Assembly (NCBI RefSeq): GCF_026210795.1
Contig: NC_089435.1
Coordinates: 2,604,001-2,668,000, forward strand
Direction: 5' to 3'
From: Rhizophagus irregularis
Lineage: Eukaryota
DNA: 64,000 nt
Shown here in pieces: positions 26,353 through 40,038 of this stretch. The notes below the pieces were generated by a model that worked only from the letters and a program-made list of their open reading frames with translations, made no database searches and was not told the origin of the DNA. The position numbers and the translations under genes are program-made. The stretch's first letter is position 1, and every line of letters starts with the position of its first letter.

Positions 26353-27199
26353 AAGTACAGTATACCAACGAATAATAAAATGCGTTATAGTAATTTTTTA
26401 AAAAATTTATTAAAATTTTTTACGAAATTATCTTCTTTCAAAGCTAGTAGTAAATTTTATTATTGAATAAATTGGTACCAAATATATAGGTTACGAAAAT
26501 ATTTTCTTAACAAAGTTATTTTAATATAAGATTAAATGAAACTTATAAAATTTAAGACAAAAATATTAACATTCATGGAGTATACTGTATAATGTATATA
26601 TATACAGAAGTATGAATCTCATAATATAATATAAAAAAGATTATCTCACCTACTAGTTCTATTTTAATTAGTTATAATCTGTCAAAGTTAATAAAAAGAA
26701 AATTTGAACAATCAATAAATCATTTGTTTGATGATTCGATGCGTCTTAATGTGTCCGCTCCATTATTAATGGGGTATTTAACATCTGTTTTCTCTACCGT
26801 TTATATATTTTCGAGAGAAGATAACTCCAACCTGATTTATACATATAAATTTACCATTCAAGCGCATAAATTTAACTTCAGTATATGAATAACTGTGATT
26901 CTAATTTATTATTGATCGTACCATTCGTACGTTATGTAATAAAATTGACTTTCAATAAAAAAAATCATAATATTTTAAAAATATTATGACAACAAACTTA
27001 TTTATTGAATTACAGGCCAAAAACTTAAATAATTATTATTTCCAAAGAGAATACATTTAGTGGAAATAATGCAACAAATTTTTATGACCATTTTACAAAT
27101 ATTGTACGTTTATTATTTTTGTGAAATAAATGAAAAAATATTTTTCTAATAAAAGCTAAAATCATTTTTTTTTTATTAGTTGTGTACTTGTGTGATGAA

Positions 27200-27652
27200 A
27201 AGGTCATCCGTTCCAGTAAAAATATCCGGTATATCGAGATTTCTGATGTCAAATTTCGATATACTGGATTTCATATAAAATCAGGTAAAAATTCCGTTAT
27301 ATCAAGTTTTTATTTTGTGCGCGACGTGCACGAAAATTTAGGTTATTTTATTTTCAGAAAGTTTTATATATTAAAACTAACTGATGCTTAAGAAAATCAT
27401 CTATTCTACCTACTTTTTTAATAAAACATTTCAAAAATATTATCGGTATCACGTGAAATCAATTTTATTGGTTTGAAAATGTATATCATCACGTTCCGGT
27501 AAATCAATTGTTCCGTTATAGCGATCGAGATTTTACTAATATATTCCGTTGTATCAAAACTATTTTTAATATATATGATTTTGTTCCAGAAAAAAGTTCC
27601 ATTATAAGGCCAGTTCCGGTTTATCGGGTTTCCGTTATATCGAATTTCACTG
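27200..27652. mobile_element. Degenerate pogo/Tigger-like MITE remnant
   Basis: Right end CGTTATATCGAATTTCACTG (reverse complement CAGTGAAATTCGATATAACG) with repeated CCGTTATATC-like motifs. Left end not resolved. Confidence 0.45.
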
Positions 27653-29786
27653 TGTATTAATAACGTAAAATTTGACATGTATTTAATTGTAATAATATCA
27701 CAACGCCATAATTAATACGATTAAATTAAAAATCGAAAATCCTAAAAATTGTATTCTATAGTATACCTTATAACTCCTTATAACTCCTTATAACTTAATA
27801 CCGCTAGCATACATGCAATATTATGCATATGATACTGTAACATTTAACAATTTATTAAAAAAAAAGTTTGAAACTTTATTGTTTTTTTTCCTATTATTTT
27901 CTTTCCATCTCTTCATACATTCAGTCTCTTTTCATCTTGTGTAATGGCTCGTGATTAACAAGAACAGTCATGTGGACTTTATTTATAATAAATGTTTTAC
28001 AAAAATATAATTTAAGAAATAAAGAGATCGACATGTGAAACTAAAAAACGGAGAAAACCGATTATGCACTCGCATCAGGAGGATAAAATAAATATCAGGA
28101 TCCATTTACATTTCTTTTACCGTCTATGTCTATGTATCATATGAAGTATAAAACTTAAAAAAGTTCAAACCATTTCTTTGATATATTATAAAAATCTTAC
28201 CTAAAATTTTTAAATCTAAATTAAAAATAGTTAATTAGATTAATATTGTTTGGTGTTTTCGATCACGAGAATCTGCTTATTCTACTTCAGGAATTTTTTA
28301 TTTAACATCATCGCGGGAGAGCGGGAGAAGTCTACGTATATTTCCGAACAATGAAAATCTTGTTATTTCCACGGTTTTTCTCACAATAAAAAAGAATATT
28401 CTTTTTTTTATATATATATATTAGATTTTTTAAATAATGGGCATGTTTGATGTTTTTCTGAATTTCATCCCAAAAAAAAAAAACTACTTTCGACCATAAT
28501 TTGACACTTAAAAATTTTTTTTTTTTCGATTAGTAATAAATTATTAAACATGGAAAGACCATCTAGTACACATGTATTTGAATACTTTTTTTCGTGCTTT
28601 TTATTTTTTAATTTTTTGTAATAATTTTTTTTAAAAATTTATATGTGTATTTATTATATTTTTTTTTATTAAACGTTGTTTATAGCTAGTTATACAATTT
28701 TCCCCGTTAATCTTTCTGCTCTTTTTCACGCTATTTTTAATTCTACTTATAAAAAAAGCATTACAGGGAATAAAACACGTGATTAACGGTAAATGCAAAG
28801 TATATAACTTTTCTAAATAAAACGCAACAAAAATATTGAATATTTTTTTATTATACAGGTATAAAAAGATTTTTGGGAAGATCTCGAAGGTGAGCTCTTC
28901 TCTTTGGATAATTAACCACGCACGTGAATTTTTATACATAATCACGTGATAGTAACACCTTAAATATCTTCATAGAACCACCAGAACCACTGATCCCAGG
29001 CATACAATCGATTTCCTTTTGAATAGGGATTATAGAATGGATATAAGTTATATATTAAATAACGCCATCATCACAATTAATCCTCGTGATCCAAGGCACT
29101 CAATCAATTATCTCTTAAATGATGATTACAGATGAGTGGGACTCTAAGTGATAATTTGAAATTTGTTATTTCATTTCCGATGATTCCGATTTATTTGTAT
29201 TTTATTTATTTAATGTTTTTATTTATTTTGAGAGACAATAAACATAGAAATGTTCCTGTGACTTTTTCATGACTATTACGTAACGATTTACATAAAATTT
29301 GCTCAATAAAGTTTAGTGGTAAATTTAGACATACTGCGCATAATTGCGGAAAATGTTTGTTTTTAAGAGTAACTACGTGTAACATTAAATTTACTATCAA
29401 ATTTCAGCACGAACAATACTAAGTGATAAACTATAATTACTAATTTGGTAAATAATCATGGTTATCACCTTTGTTAGCCTTCTTACTTTGGTTAACCTAT
29501 TTTTAGTGAATGAAAACGTCGTCTATTCAATCTATTCATGTTATTAATAAGCAACGTCCTAAAAATGTTTTCATTTGTAGTTTTTATGGTTTTATTAACT
29601 TACAGGTAAAAATATAAATATATTATTATTATATGACATAATTATTTGCTGATCGACTTGAAAAAATACGCAACCTTTAAATTTCCAATGCAAAATTAAA
29701 ATCTAATTGATACTAATTCACTTATTAAGTGCGATCATATTCTAAAATACAACAAATCGGATAAAATAAAGTTTTTACTTGCCTAT

Positions 29787-30051
29787 TAGGGATGGCAACG
29801 GTTATAATCATAACCGTTTAACCGACCGTTTAACCACATTTAACTGACCGTTTGACCGACCATTTAAACATTTGACCGACCATTTTTAACCGTTTAACCG
29901 ACCATTTGACTAATTATTTAAGTAAAATAGTATAACCGACCGTTTAACCGACCGTTTAACCGATTTTTAACCGACCATAACCGACTGTTTAAATTTCTAT
30001 AACTGATTATAACCGACCATAACCGACCATAACCGACCGTTGCCATCCCTA
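29787..30051 (+). mobile_element. hAT MITE with TAACCGACC repeats (copy 1)
   Basis: TIR TAGGGATGGCAACGG / CCGTTGCCATCCCTA with an exact 8-bp TSD TTGCCTAT. Confidence 0.95.
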
Positions 30052-30929
30052 TTGCCTATAATCCGAAACGTATTATTTTTAAGGGATGACTTTTTTCGAA
30101 TCTACAAAAAAAAAAAAAAAAAAAAATATTTTATTTATTAGATAAATAAAAGATAAGAAGAATGCCCAAAGATTGTACTTTGAATCAAAACGTCTGATAT
30201 AAAATATGCATAATGATTATTAACGGATTGCAGAATTCTGTAATCATATGATTATTTGATTATTTCCTTTTTAGTCCGTTCAGCTGATCAAAATAATCGT
30301 AATTTTGATGAATGAAAAAAATGACTTACTCAAAATTTTTAATTTACACCTGTACACGCTTATTTGAAAAACTAACGTTCATAGTCGTAGTCGCTCTTTT
30401 TTATATAACAAAATAAAGTGATAACAAAATAAAGTGTAAATTTACTTGACTTCCAAAAACAACCGCGGAACCAACGCTGTGTAAATATGAAATAAATTAT
30501 AGTTATTGGATAAGGTAACACCCGTATGCATTTAACTCAAAATCATACCTAATTTTAATATGGTATAATAAAAACTTCATGGAATTATACAATATTATAA
30601 ATTTTATCATCTTATACTAAGTAACGGAGACCGTTGGAGCGTCCGAAGCGTCGATGAAGATTTTTAAAATAGTAACATAGTAACGCAGTAGGCTGTTCAA
30701 CGGTCCTGTTCATGTCTAAAATGTTAAATGTTACACATTCTTAAAATTTCATTATTGTTATTGTTGTTAGTTTCTACACACCTGATCTTAAATTTTCATT
30801 GGTTATACACGCGGCGTGACAGACGGACATTGCATGGGTCTCGAGTCAGTCCCACGCTATGCTTCGGACAATTATTAATTTAATAGTGTTAGTATAAATT
30901 AGAATTACTTACTATTTACGTCACCATCG

Positions 30930-32090
30930 ACCTTACGTCTAGTACCCTTCCCGGATTTACTGTACATGGAATTAAACAAAAGATTTAAAAAGGAAAGCAA
31001 AATACCTGTTTTACAAGGAATTAAAAAGAAAGTAAAAAATCTGCGGATTATGATATCTGAAAAACTTAATTATATATTCTCTGGTCCCACTTATTAAGTC
31101 CTTTTGCAAGGGTTGCTAAGTATGAGAATATGATGCCATGCATGATAATTTCAGCTATAGAAGCTGTTATCGATTTTCGTTGGCGAAATACAATAATTTT
31201 TACACTTCTCTAATCTCTATCATTTTTGCTGTTTGTTTTTTTTTGCTAGTTGAGAATTACGGAACCAAAATTTCAAACTTTTTTATTGATCCTAATTATT
31301 TTGTTCTATTATAGTACTATAATATGTTTTAACGGTTAATATATAGTTTTTAATTTAGTATATTAATTTTTATAAGTTTAATAATAAAATACATTTATTA
31401 TAGTAACTATTTTACATCGACTATAGGTTTAGTTATAAAATCATTTTTACATATGTATTTTCATAACCCTTCCGTATCAAATTTTTAATTTTTCGTTCTT
31501 TTTGTTTTAATTTCAATTGTAATAATATTTATTTTCAAAAAAAAAAAACTATGTTTTTAGTAAAATTTAACTTATCCCAGTAGCCATTATGATCTTTCCA
31601 TGCTAGCTTTGATTGTATTTGCAAAAAAATCCTTTGCAAAATACATGATCAATATTAAGTAATGTTTTAAGAGAAACCGAGACGGGCGAAATCTCCGAAA
31701 TTTCCGTAACTACGTAACTTAAAAAGAAATTTATTGGCTGATTTTCCATATCACAACTTGCGGCACAGTATGGATATATATAACAATGTGGAATAAATAT
31801 TGGAAAATAGGAAATTTGAGCAATATTAAATTTAGATGTAGAGGCGTTCAATAAAATTATTGTGGCTATATAAATTTTATGATTATTGGCTAGGTTTTAT
31901 GTATATTTTCGGAAGTTTGAGCAAGTTTCGGAATTTGACGAAATGTTTAGTCAATCACAAAATAGTTTCTCCCACAATATTAGTAAGTGCGAACGTGCAA
32001 ACAACTCTTCTAAATTATGTTCATTCAATTAATAACTTTGAATTATTTCGATATAAATGATTTGGAATCTCAAAAAATATTTCGGTGAGA
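30930..32090 (+). pseudogene. Decayed, internally deleted copy of the TRP-like gene 3' region and its downstream DNA
   Basis: 30930-31310 resembles 15630-16070 (GTACCCTTCCCGGATT, GAAGCTGTTATCGATTTTCGTTGGCGAAATACA, GGAACCAAAATTTCAAACTTTTT) with frameshifts. It then matches 17350-17530, 17970-18210 and the sequence just after 18900. Confidence 0.85.
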
Positions 32091-34695
32091 GATCATCGCT
32101 CAATCAATTTCCTTTTTTATGAAGTTAATTACCTAATGTTTTTAGATCAAATCATCACGATAGACTCCGCGTACCTTCTTGAATACAAAAAAATTAAAGA
32201 ACAACTCCAAAACAAGAAAGGTAGAATGCCTAGATGGTATAAATTCTTACAAGATCATATTACGCTTACCAACGATGGTCGACTTAACTTCATCATCAAC
32301 ACGCCTTTAATACAAAACCCCATGATTACGTGACCTGCTTTACCACGTTAATCATGAACCGCAACATATGAAAGGAAAACCTAAATGGGTTACCGCTTGG
32401 GTTCCTAATATTACCGATATAGTGTATGGAAAAATATTGAGTATCACACATTATCCTAATTATTCTACACCAGTCTCTTATCCAGAACATTGGAAATATC
32501 AAAATGTTTCCTCGAATCCTCAACCAAGAACACCTTGTTCCCAAACTATAACCATCGTTCCATGCCAAGGTTGTTCCCAGCATTTTAGTTACTATGTTGG
32601 AAATCTAAAACCAAAATGTATTATTCAAATCAAGCACCTTGACTTAATCGTTGTAGACACGCTCACTAAAAAGAAAAACAACTGGCAGTCCCTGCTCCTA
32701 CACAGAGACATAATACTGTACCTTTAATGTACTCAAATATAGTCATCCACATCATCGTCTTTTAGCGTATATTGATCATCTTATCCAACATGGTCATATT
32801 CCTTCGATGAATTTTACACCATGCGCTCCTCCTTCTTTGGATACTCGTATACCACCTAACCATAAATTGGTTTCTCAACTTGTCGATAATGACAATGTAG
32901 TGAAAGATTTACAGAATTTATCTAACGTTCTGGCTCCTTTTATAGAATTAGAAATTTATACTGATGGAGCTTATGATTGCGAATTTGCTCAAAATGAATT
33001 TCCTATGGGCTATGGTTGGACTACAGCTAACCTCACTAATATGAACATTGCATACAATGGTTCATTAGAATACTTCTCCTCGTCAACTAAAGCGGAAACT
33101 ATGGCAATTTTAACGGCCTTAATTGTTTGTCCACCTAATGGAGTGATCAATATATACACAGATTCACAGGCTGCTATTGATTCCGTCTTTCTACAAATCT
33201 AAATACCTCAATTCTATTTCTCCTAGAAGATTCAATAAAATCAACAACAACATTTTATGGTCGTCTATTCACCATACATCAAAACCTTATCCTTTGAACA
33301 TCAGATTACATACCTTCAATGATATCAGCAAAAGTAGGTCATTTACACCTTCGTTTACACCTGTATTCAACTAAGATTAAACATGAACATCTTCCAACGC
33401 AAACGCTCACATTATTATGGAACGTGGAGATACCTTTAGACAAGGACGTGCGAAAGTGTATTGGCACGATCTCAAATTACAAACCATATCAACCACCCTT
33501 CGTTATTGGAAATAAAAAATGCAACAAAAAATAATTTAATAAATTGGTTGTTTACCTCCAAATGGTTTAATTTTAACAGGCGCGAAGATACAACTAGTCC
33601 TCAACATACCAAAGACACCAAATGGAAAATTTGATGCTCAACTTTAACTCTTCCTACTTTGGATATAATGAACCGTAACTACCCAGCCCTTTGAATAATA
33701 ACGTTCAATGTTTACTTTGTAACAAGCAAGCAGAAACAAATAATCATTTTTAGTTATGTCCTGACCTCAAAGAAACTATAAAAGACGTCTTCATACGACT
33801 TGGAAATCAACTTATTAATTTGATACGACAACATACTGATAAACATTCACTCATTATATCAGATTCCGTTAAATACTCACCAACATTTCGTTGGGCATTC
33901 CGAAATGAACCTAGCTATACACCCGGTGGCAGATCATATATTACTAATGATCTTGTCAGCATCTGTAACCATTTTAATACCATCAAAACTATATTAAAAA
34001 GACTCCTCCCCTTCGTCCATGATTGTAGCAATACCTTTAAGACAGAAATTTGGAAAAAATGTAACGACAAATGGAAAATCATGCGTTCTGATATGGGCCT
34101 TTCAAAAAGGAGTTTCAAAAACTACCATAAAGACTTCCCTCGTTCCAATAATAACTAGAATATGCGATTTGCTGGGGGACTTCGTCCCCCAAATATAACA
34201 TTTATAATTAAAAAAATTCTTTGATATAAATAAATTGAATTGTTACTGAATAATAAAATTTTATTATAATTAGACCCTATAAAAAATCATGTTTTAATAA
34301 GATTTATACAATTTTTTCTTAAAAATAATGTATCTAAACTATATATAAGGATATAGGAAAATGCACAATTCCATATCACAAAAATGCACCATTTGTATGA
34401 TTGACCATAATTTATACTGAATTTATATTGATTTGATCAAAGAAATTACATAATTTGAGCATAGAATTTACAAGAATTGGTCAATGAATTTACTGCTTAA
34501 ATTATAATTATTAATATTAGTTGCATTTATATGAATTTAATTTTAAATAATAATATTTTATTAAATTATTAAATCAAATAGTATCATGTGATTATAATTA
34601 GCCAATAATATAAATTAATTTTTATAATTTAAAATAATGACATAAGCTGTAATAAGTGTTCTAAAGTTAATACAGCTACAAAAAAATGAAATCTT

Positions 34696-37283
34696 ATGAA
34701 AACTAATATTCAAGTAGTTTCAACTTGCCTGAACAACTTTCAATTAATAAATAAAGTTGATTTCATTTGCCCAAAGTGGAAATATTACGCTCTAAATTAA
34801 AAAAACAGAAAAGAGAGTTAATATCATCAAGAAAAATGCAATTTTCTCTAAGCACTATACCTATATTCATGAAAATTAATATTCAAGTGGTTTCAACCTG
34901 CCTGAACAACTTTCAATTAATAAATAAAGTTGATTTCATTTGTCTAAAGTGGAAATATTACGCTCTAAATTAAAAAAAAACAGAAAAGAGAGTTAATATC
35001 ATCAAGAAAAATGCAATTTTCTCTAAGCACTACACCTACATTCATGAAAATTAATATTCAAATGGTTTCAACCTGCCTGAACAACTTTCAATTAATAAAT
35101 AAAGTTGATTTCATTTGTCCAAAGTGGAAATATTACGCTCTAAGTTAAAAAACAGAAAAGAGAGTTAATATCATCAAGAAAATGCAATTTTCTCTAAGCA
35201 CTACATCTACATTCATGAAAATTAATATTCAAGTTGTTTTAACCTGCCTGAACAACTTTCAATTAATAAATAAAGTTGATTTCATTTGTCTAAAGTGGAA
35301 ATATTACGCTCTAAATTAAAAAAAAACAGAAAAGAGAGTTAATATCATCAAGAAAAATGCAATTTTCTCTAAGCACTACATCTACATTCATGAAAATTAA
35401 TATTGAAGTGGTTTCAATCTACCTGAACAACTTTCAATTAATAAATAAAGTTGATTTCATTTGCCCAGAGTGGAAATATTACGCTATAAATTAAAAAACA
35501 GAAAAGAGAGTTAATATCATCAAGAAAAATGCAATTTTCTCTGAGTACTACACCTACATTCATGAAAATTAATATTCAAGTGGTTTCAACCTGCCTAAAC
35601 AACTTTCATTTAATAAATAAAGTTGATTTCATTTGCCCAAAGTGGAAATATTACGCTATAAATTAAAAAACAGAAAAGAGAGTTAATATCATCAAGAAAA
35701 ATGCAATTTTCTCTAAGCACTACACCTACATTCATGAAAATTAATATTCAAGTGGTTTCAACCTGCCTGAACAACTTTTAATTAATAAATAAAGTTGATT
35801 TCATTTGTCTAAACATCACGATGTTGGACCAACTGAAACCTTATGTTTACTGAATAGCAATATTTAATAAGCATTAAAATTTTATATTTATTAAGCAATA
35901 AATGCTTAATATATTAAATAAGTACTAAATTTTAATATTTATTAATCATTTAATTTATTAAGCATTTTATTAGTATTTTAAGTAAATACTCAAATGCATT
36001 TTACCAACATACCTTATATTTTATAAGTGCTAATAATAAATATTAATAAATTACTTTAACCAACATCGTGATGAAGTGGAAATATTACGCTCTAAATTAA
36101 AAAAACAGAAAAGAGAGTTAATATCATCAAGAAAAATGCAATTTTCTCTAAGCACTACACCTACATTCATGAAAATTAATATTCAAGTTGTTTTAACCTG
36201 CCTGAACAACTTTCAATTAATAAATAAAGTTGATTTCATTTGTCTAAAGTGGAAATATTACGCTCTAAATTAAAAAAACAGAAAAGAGAGTTAATATCAT
36301 CAAGAAAAATGCAATTTTCTCTAAGCACTACACCTACATTCATGAAAATTAATATTCAAGTAGTTTCAACCTGCCTGAACAACCTTCAATTAATAAATAA
36401 AGTTGATTACATTTGTCTAAAGTGGAAATATTACGCTCTAAATTAAAACACAAAAAAGAGAGTTAATATCATCAAGAAAAATGCATTTTCTCTAAGCACT
36501 ACACCTACATTCATGAAAATTAATGTTCAAATGGTTTCAACCTGCCTGAACAACTTTCAATTAATAAATAAAGTTGATTTCATTTGTCTAAAGTGGAAAT
36601 ATTACGCTCTAAATTTAAAAAACAGAAAAGAGAGTTAATATCATCAAGAAAAATGCAATTTTCTCTGAGCACTACACCTACATTCATGAAAGTTAATATT
36701 CAAGTAGTTTCAACCTGCCTGAACAACTTTCAATTAATAAATAAAGTTGATTTCATTTGTCTAGAGTGGAAATATTACGCTCTAAATTAAAACACAAAAA
36801 AGAGAGTTAATATCATCAAGAAAAATGCAATTTTCTCTAAGCACTACATCTACATTCATGAAAATTAATATTCAAATGGTTTCAACCTGCCTGAACAACT
36901 TTCAATTAATAAATAAAGTTGATTTCATTTGTCTAAAGTGGAAATATTACGCTCTAAGTTAAAAAACAGAAAAGAGAGTTAATATCATCAAGAAAAATGC
37001 AATTTTCTATGAGCACTACACCTACATTCATGAAAATTAATATTCAAGTAGTTTCAACCTGCCTGAACAACTTTCATTTAATAAATAAAGTTGATTTCAT
37101 TTGCCTAAAGTGGAAATATTACGCTCTAAATTAAAAAACAGAAAAGAGAGTTAATATCATCAAGAAATGCAATTTTCTCTAAGCACTATACCTATATTCA
37201 TGAAAATTAATATTCAAGTGGTTTCAACATGCCTGAACAACTTTTAATTAATAAATGAAGTTGATTTCATTTGGCCAAAGTGG
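34696..37283 (+). repeat. Tandem satellite, ~172-bp unit, ~13.5 copies
   Basis: The unit ...GTGGAAATATTACGCTCTAAATTAAAAAAACAGAAAAGAGAGTTAATATCATCAAGAAAAATGCAATTTTCTCTAAGCACTACACCTACATTCATGAAAATTAATATTCAAG...AAAGTTGATTTCATTTG recurs about every 170-175 bp. I count 14 AAGTTGATT.CATTTG markers. Confidence 0.97.
35814..36073. mobile_element. 260-bp AT-rich MITE inserted in one satellite unit
   Basis: Perfect 14-bp TIR CATCACGATGTTGG / CCAACATCGTGATG. Comparison with the intact unit TGTCTAAAGTGG shows a 2-bp AA duplication. Confidence 0.9.
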
Positions 37284-37877
37284 AGATTATAGTATATTTG
37301 GAAAAAGAAGTTTAATTTAAAAAAATTTTATATAAAAAATAAATGTAATATAAAAATTAAGAACTGAGATGATAAAAATTTGAAAATGACCTGACATAAA
37401 TTTTTAATTAATTTTTTCATTAATTATAAATTCAAGTAGTTTAAAAATAAAAATAGTAAGAAAAAATATTTTTTATGAAATATCACATTATTTTCTAAAA
37501 AAAATACACTTAAATACACTTATAAATTTAATTTGTGATTATGTAATATCCAAATATTTAATCTTACAAATAGAAAAAAATGTAAAAAAATTTATAAAAA
37601 AAGAAAAATTTTTGAAAAAAATTTTCGTCTAACACTTTTTTATTTTGATTATCACAAGATCTACATGATCATCTACACGTTTCAATTTTTTTAACGAAAA
37701 AGAAATATATTTGAATCTATTTTTATTGAAAATCAATAAAGATCAACAAAATCAAATACAAATATAAAACTTATTGTTTGATGCCTCAAGTTAATATGTA
37801 GCGAAAGTGGCACAAAAATGAATATTTTGTAATTTTATTCTAATGATATCAAAGAAGCAATATTGCAATAACAACGT

Positions 37878-37971
37878 CTATAGCTATATAGCTATTGCAA
37901 TTGCAATAGCAATAGCAATAGCAATAGCAATAGCAATTGCAATTGCAATTAGCAATATATATAGCTATATA
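37878..37971. repeat. Quasi-palindromic (GCAATA/GCAATT)n microsatellite near the Helitron 5' end
   Basis: TATAGCTATATAGCTATTGCAATT(GCAATA)x5 GCAATTGCAATTGCAATTAGCAATATATATAGCTATATA. Confidence 0.85.
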
Positions 37972-39314
37972 AAAAATTGAATCAAAAAAGTTCACATTGA
38001 GCATTTCCGAAATTATGAAAAAATGCATGTAGATCGTATGACAAACTACAAATTAAGCGAAAAAGTGAATAAATTTGGAAGATGATCGTCAGAAATTTAT
38101 CATCCAAAAGCATACTATCGCTAAAAAAGCATACTATCGCTAATCAAGCAGGTATAATAGATAGTACTATCCATACGCGGCGTAATTATGAAAATATTTA
38201 TGTTAATCCTTATAATGATTTTAGAAATTTTAAACTTCATAAAGATTTTTTATATATTTTATTTTCCTCATCTAATTTTTTACATAGTGGTCCTTTTATA
38301 AACATTTAGAATCTAATAACGTTATTAATTATACTTCACCTATATGTATAGACGATAATTTTATTTACAATGTTTAAGTTCTCTATAACTTTAATTGTAT
38401 AGCTCCTGTTTCATTAGTTTAGTCTTTCTTTCCAGTTCAATTTTAGTATCCTCTGTTGGTCGTAATATGGGATAGGTCTAGGGGTACATATAATTAGAAG
38501 TAAAGGGTCTGGCTTGGCTTTGGCCTTGTTGGATGACAGGTTCTAAGTTAAACTGTTTCTTTCTTTGTATCGAACATGTTTTTATTGACAATCTTGCCAA
38601 CTTCACATAAAATAAAATAAAATAAATAAAATAAATCTGATAGTTTAATACGAATTCTAATTGTCAGAAAAGTGGAGAAAATCGTTATTACCTCATTATT
38701 TTAAATATTTCAAATTATTTATTCAAAATTTTGATCCTATAATTTTAAGCTTGCATTATATAGAAAGGTTTAAGAGTCTGTCTCTAATATAATCAATTTT
38801 GAGATAAAGAGCGCTAATTAAACACGAAATACGATTACAATAACTGAATCTTTTAATTTATAGTCTTCTGAGTATTGCAAGTATAAAAAATGTATTACAT
38901 AATAAAATATACCCGAATATTCATTTTCTGTTTTAGTTTCTGGGTGAGTTCACTGCGAGACTTCAAAATCAGACAAAATTAGTTCTACGGCTCGGCTTTC
39001 TACAATTAAATTAAGTCACCGAAAATATTTTTGTGAAGATTCGAAAAAATTTGTCTTTTACAAATTTATAAAAATAGTTGTAAACAAATTACAATATTTT
39101 CAACACACTATTTTTTTTTTTTTGAAATGAATGAAAACGAAAGAATAATCAAAAAAGTAGTTACATCAAAAGTTTATTATATTACTCAAAAATTTATGTA
39201 AACTAAAAAAATCCATATGGCAAAAGTCATTTATGGCGTCATACGACAATGTGACGCTACTGACGGGACGTTGAAAAAATGACGCAACTACCTAAGGCTC
39301 AAAAGTCTGCACCA

Positions 39315-39565
39315 CTAAACGTCGAATGAAGCTTTTTCATTAAAAAAACGTCAACCGGACGTTTCTTCATTAAAAGAAACAAAAAAAAAACAATTTTTTA
39401 ATTAAAAAACGTCGAACCAGACGTTTTTTTCATTAAAAAATTATATTTAAAAAAAGCCGAATCAGACATTTTTTCATAAAAAAAAAAAAACGTTTTTTAT
39501 TAAAAAAATTGACCCGACGTTTTTTTTTCATTAAAAAAAAAAATAAATAAAAAAACGTTTTTTTT
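39315..39565 (+). repeat. Degenerate ~30-bp tandem repeats
   Basis: Recurring TTTTCATTAAAAAAA-CGTC..CC.GACG units. Confidence 0.6.
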
Positions 39566-39924
39566 TTTAACTTTATTTTTTAATTTTCTCAACAAAATGG
39601 TTAGGCCAAATTTTTTCTGAATTATTAGTCCTATACCATTCTATTGGATTAATTATTGAAATGTATTTAAAATATATTTAGTCTAGTCTTAGATGCCACA
39701 TACATAACGCATAAAGCTGACCCGAAGGTTATTAAGAAAAGTATTTAGGCATGTTTTTCTTGTTAAGAAATAAACTAATTAATTTAGAAATAAACTCTAA
39801 TTTTTAGTACATAAATTTTATTTTCAGACTAGTTAAAAATGAATGTAAATCTATACTAAAAAGCTCAAAAATCCAATTTCCAAAAAAAACCTATTACCGA
39901 AAACACCTGTTGTAAAAAAAACAA

Positions 39925-40038
39925 CTGCCGCGATCAGGCGCTACCTGCCGCAACACCTGCTGTACCTGCTGCTGTACCTGCCGTACCTGCTGCCGTACCG
40001 CCACACCTGCCGCGACACCTGCCGTACCTGCTTTACCT
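39925..40038 (+). repeat. GC-rich low-complexity repeat (ACCTGCCG/TACCTGCT)
   Basis: Direct reading shows repeated CCTGC(C/T)G motifs in an AT-rich background. Confidence 0.7.

Larger units (their letters stand above)
34155..38161 (-). mobile_element. Non-autonomous Helitron (4007 bp) carrying a satellite array
   Basis: On the minus strand it starts TCTATTATAC and ends with the hairpin GGGGGACGAAGTCCCCC, 15 nt, then CTAG. It sits between A (34154) and T (38162) with no TSD. Removing it restores the LINE reading frame. Confidence 0.9.
32105..38635 (+). mobile_element. 5'-truncated non-LTR retrotransposon (LINE) 3' portion with RNase H and a C-terminal Cys motif, interrupted by a Helitron
   Basis: RNase H motifs IYTDGA, SSTKAETMAILTAL and IYTDSQAAID; CLLC...ETNNH; many stops and frameshifts. 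The ORF resumes at 38162. The 3' UTR ends ...GCCAACTTCACAT followed by an (AAAAT)n-like tail. 5' boundary approximate. Confidence 0.85.

Noticed and set aside
31650..31985. Extra ~330 bp in the duplicated TRP downstream region with GAGAAAC/GTTTCTC ends
   Set aside because: Probably an old insertion, but the TIR and TSD are too eroded to define.
34696..37283. CRISPR-like appearance of the regular array, and the repeated 65-68 aa ORFs (MSKVEILRSKLKK...)
   Set aside because: Whole units repeat with no unique spacers and there are no cas genes. The ORFs start at TTG/GTG and arise because the ~172-bp unit shifts frame; indels between units do not preserve frame.
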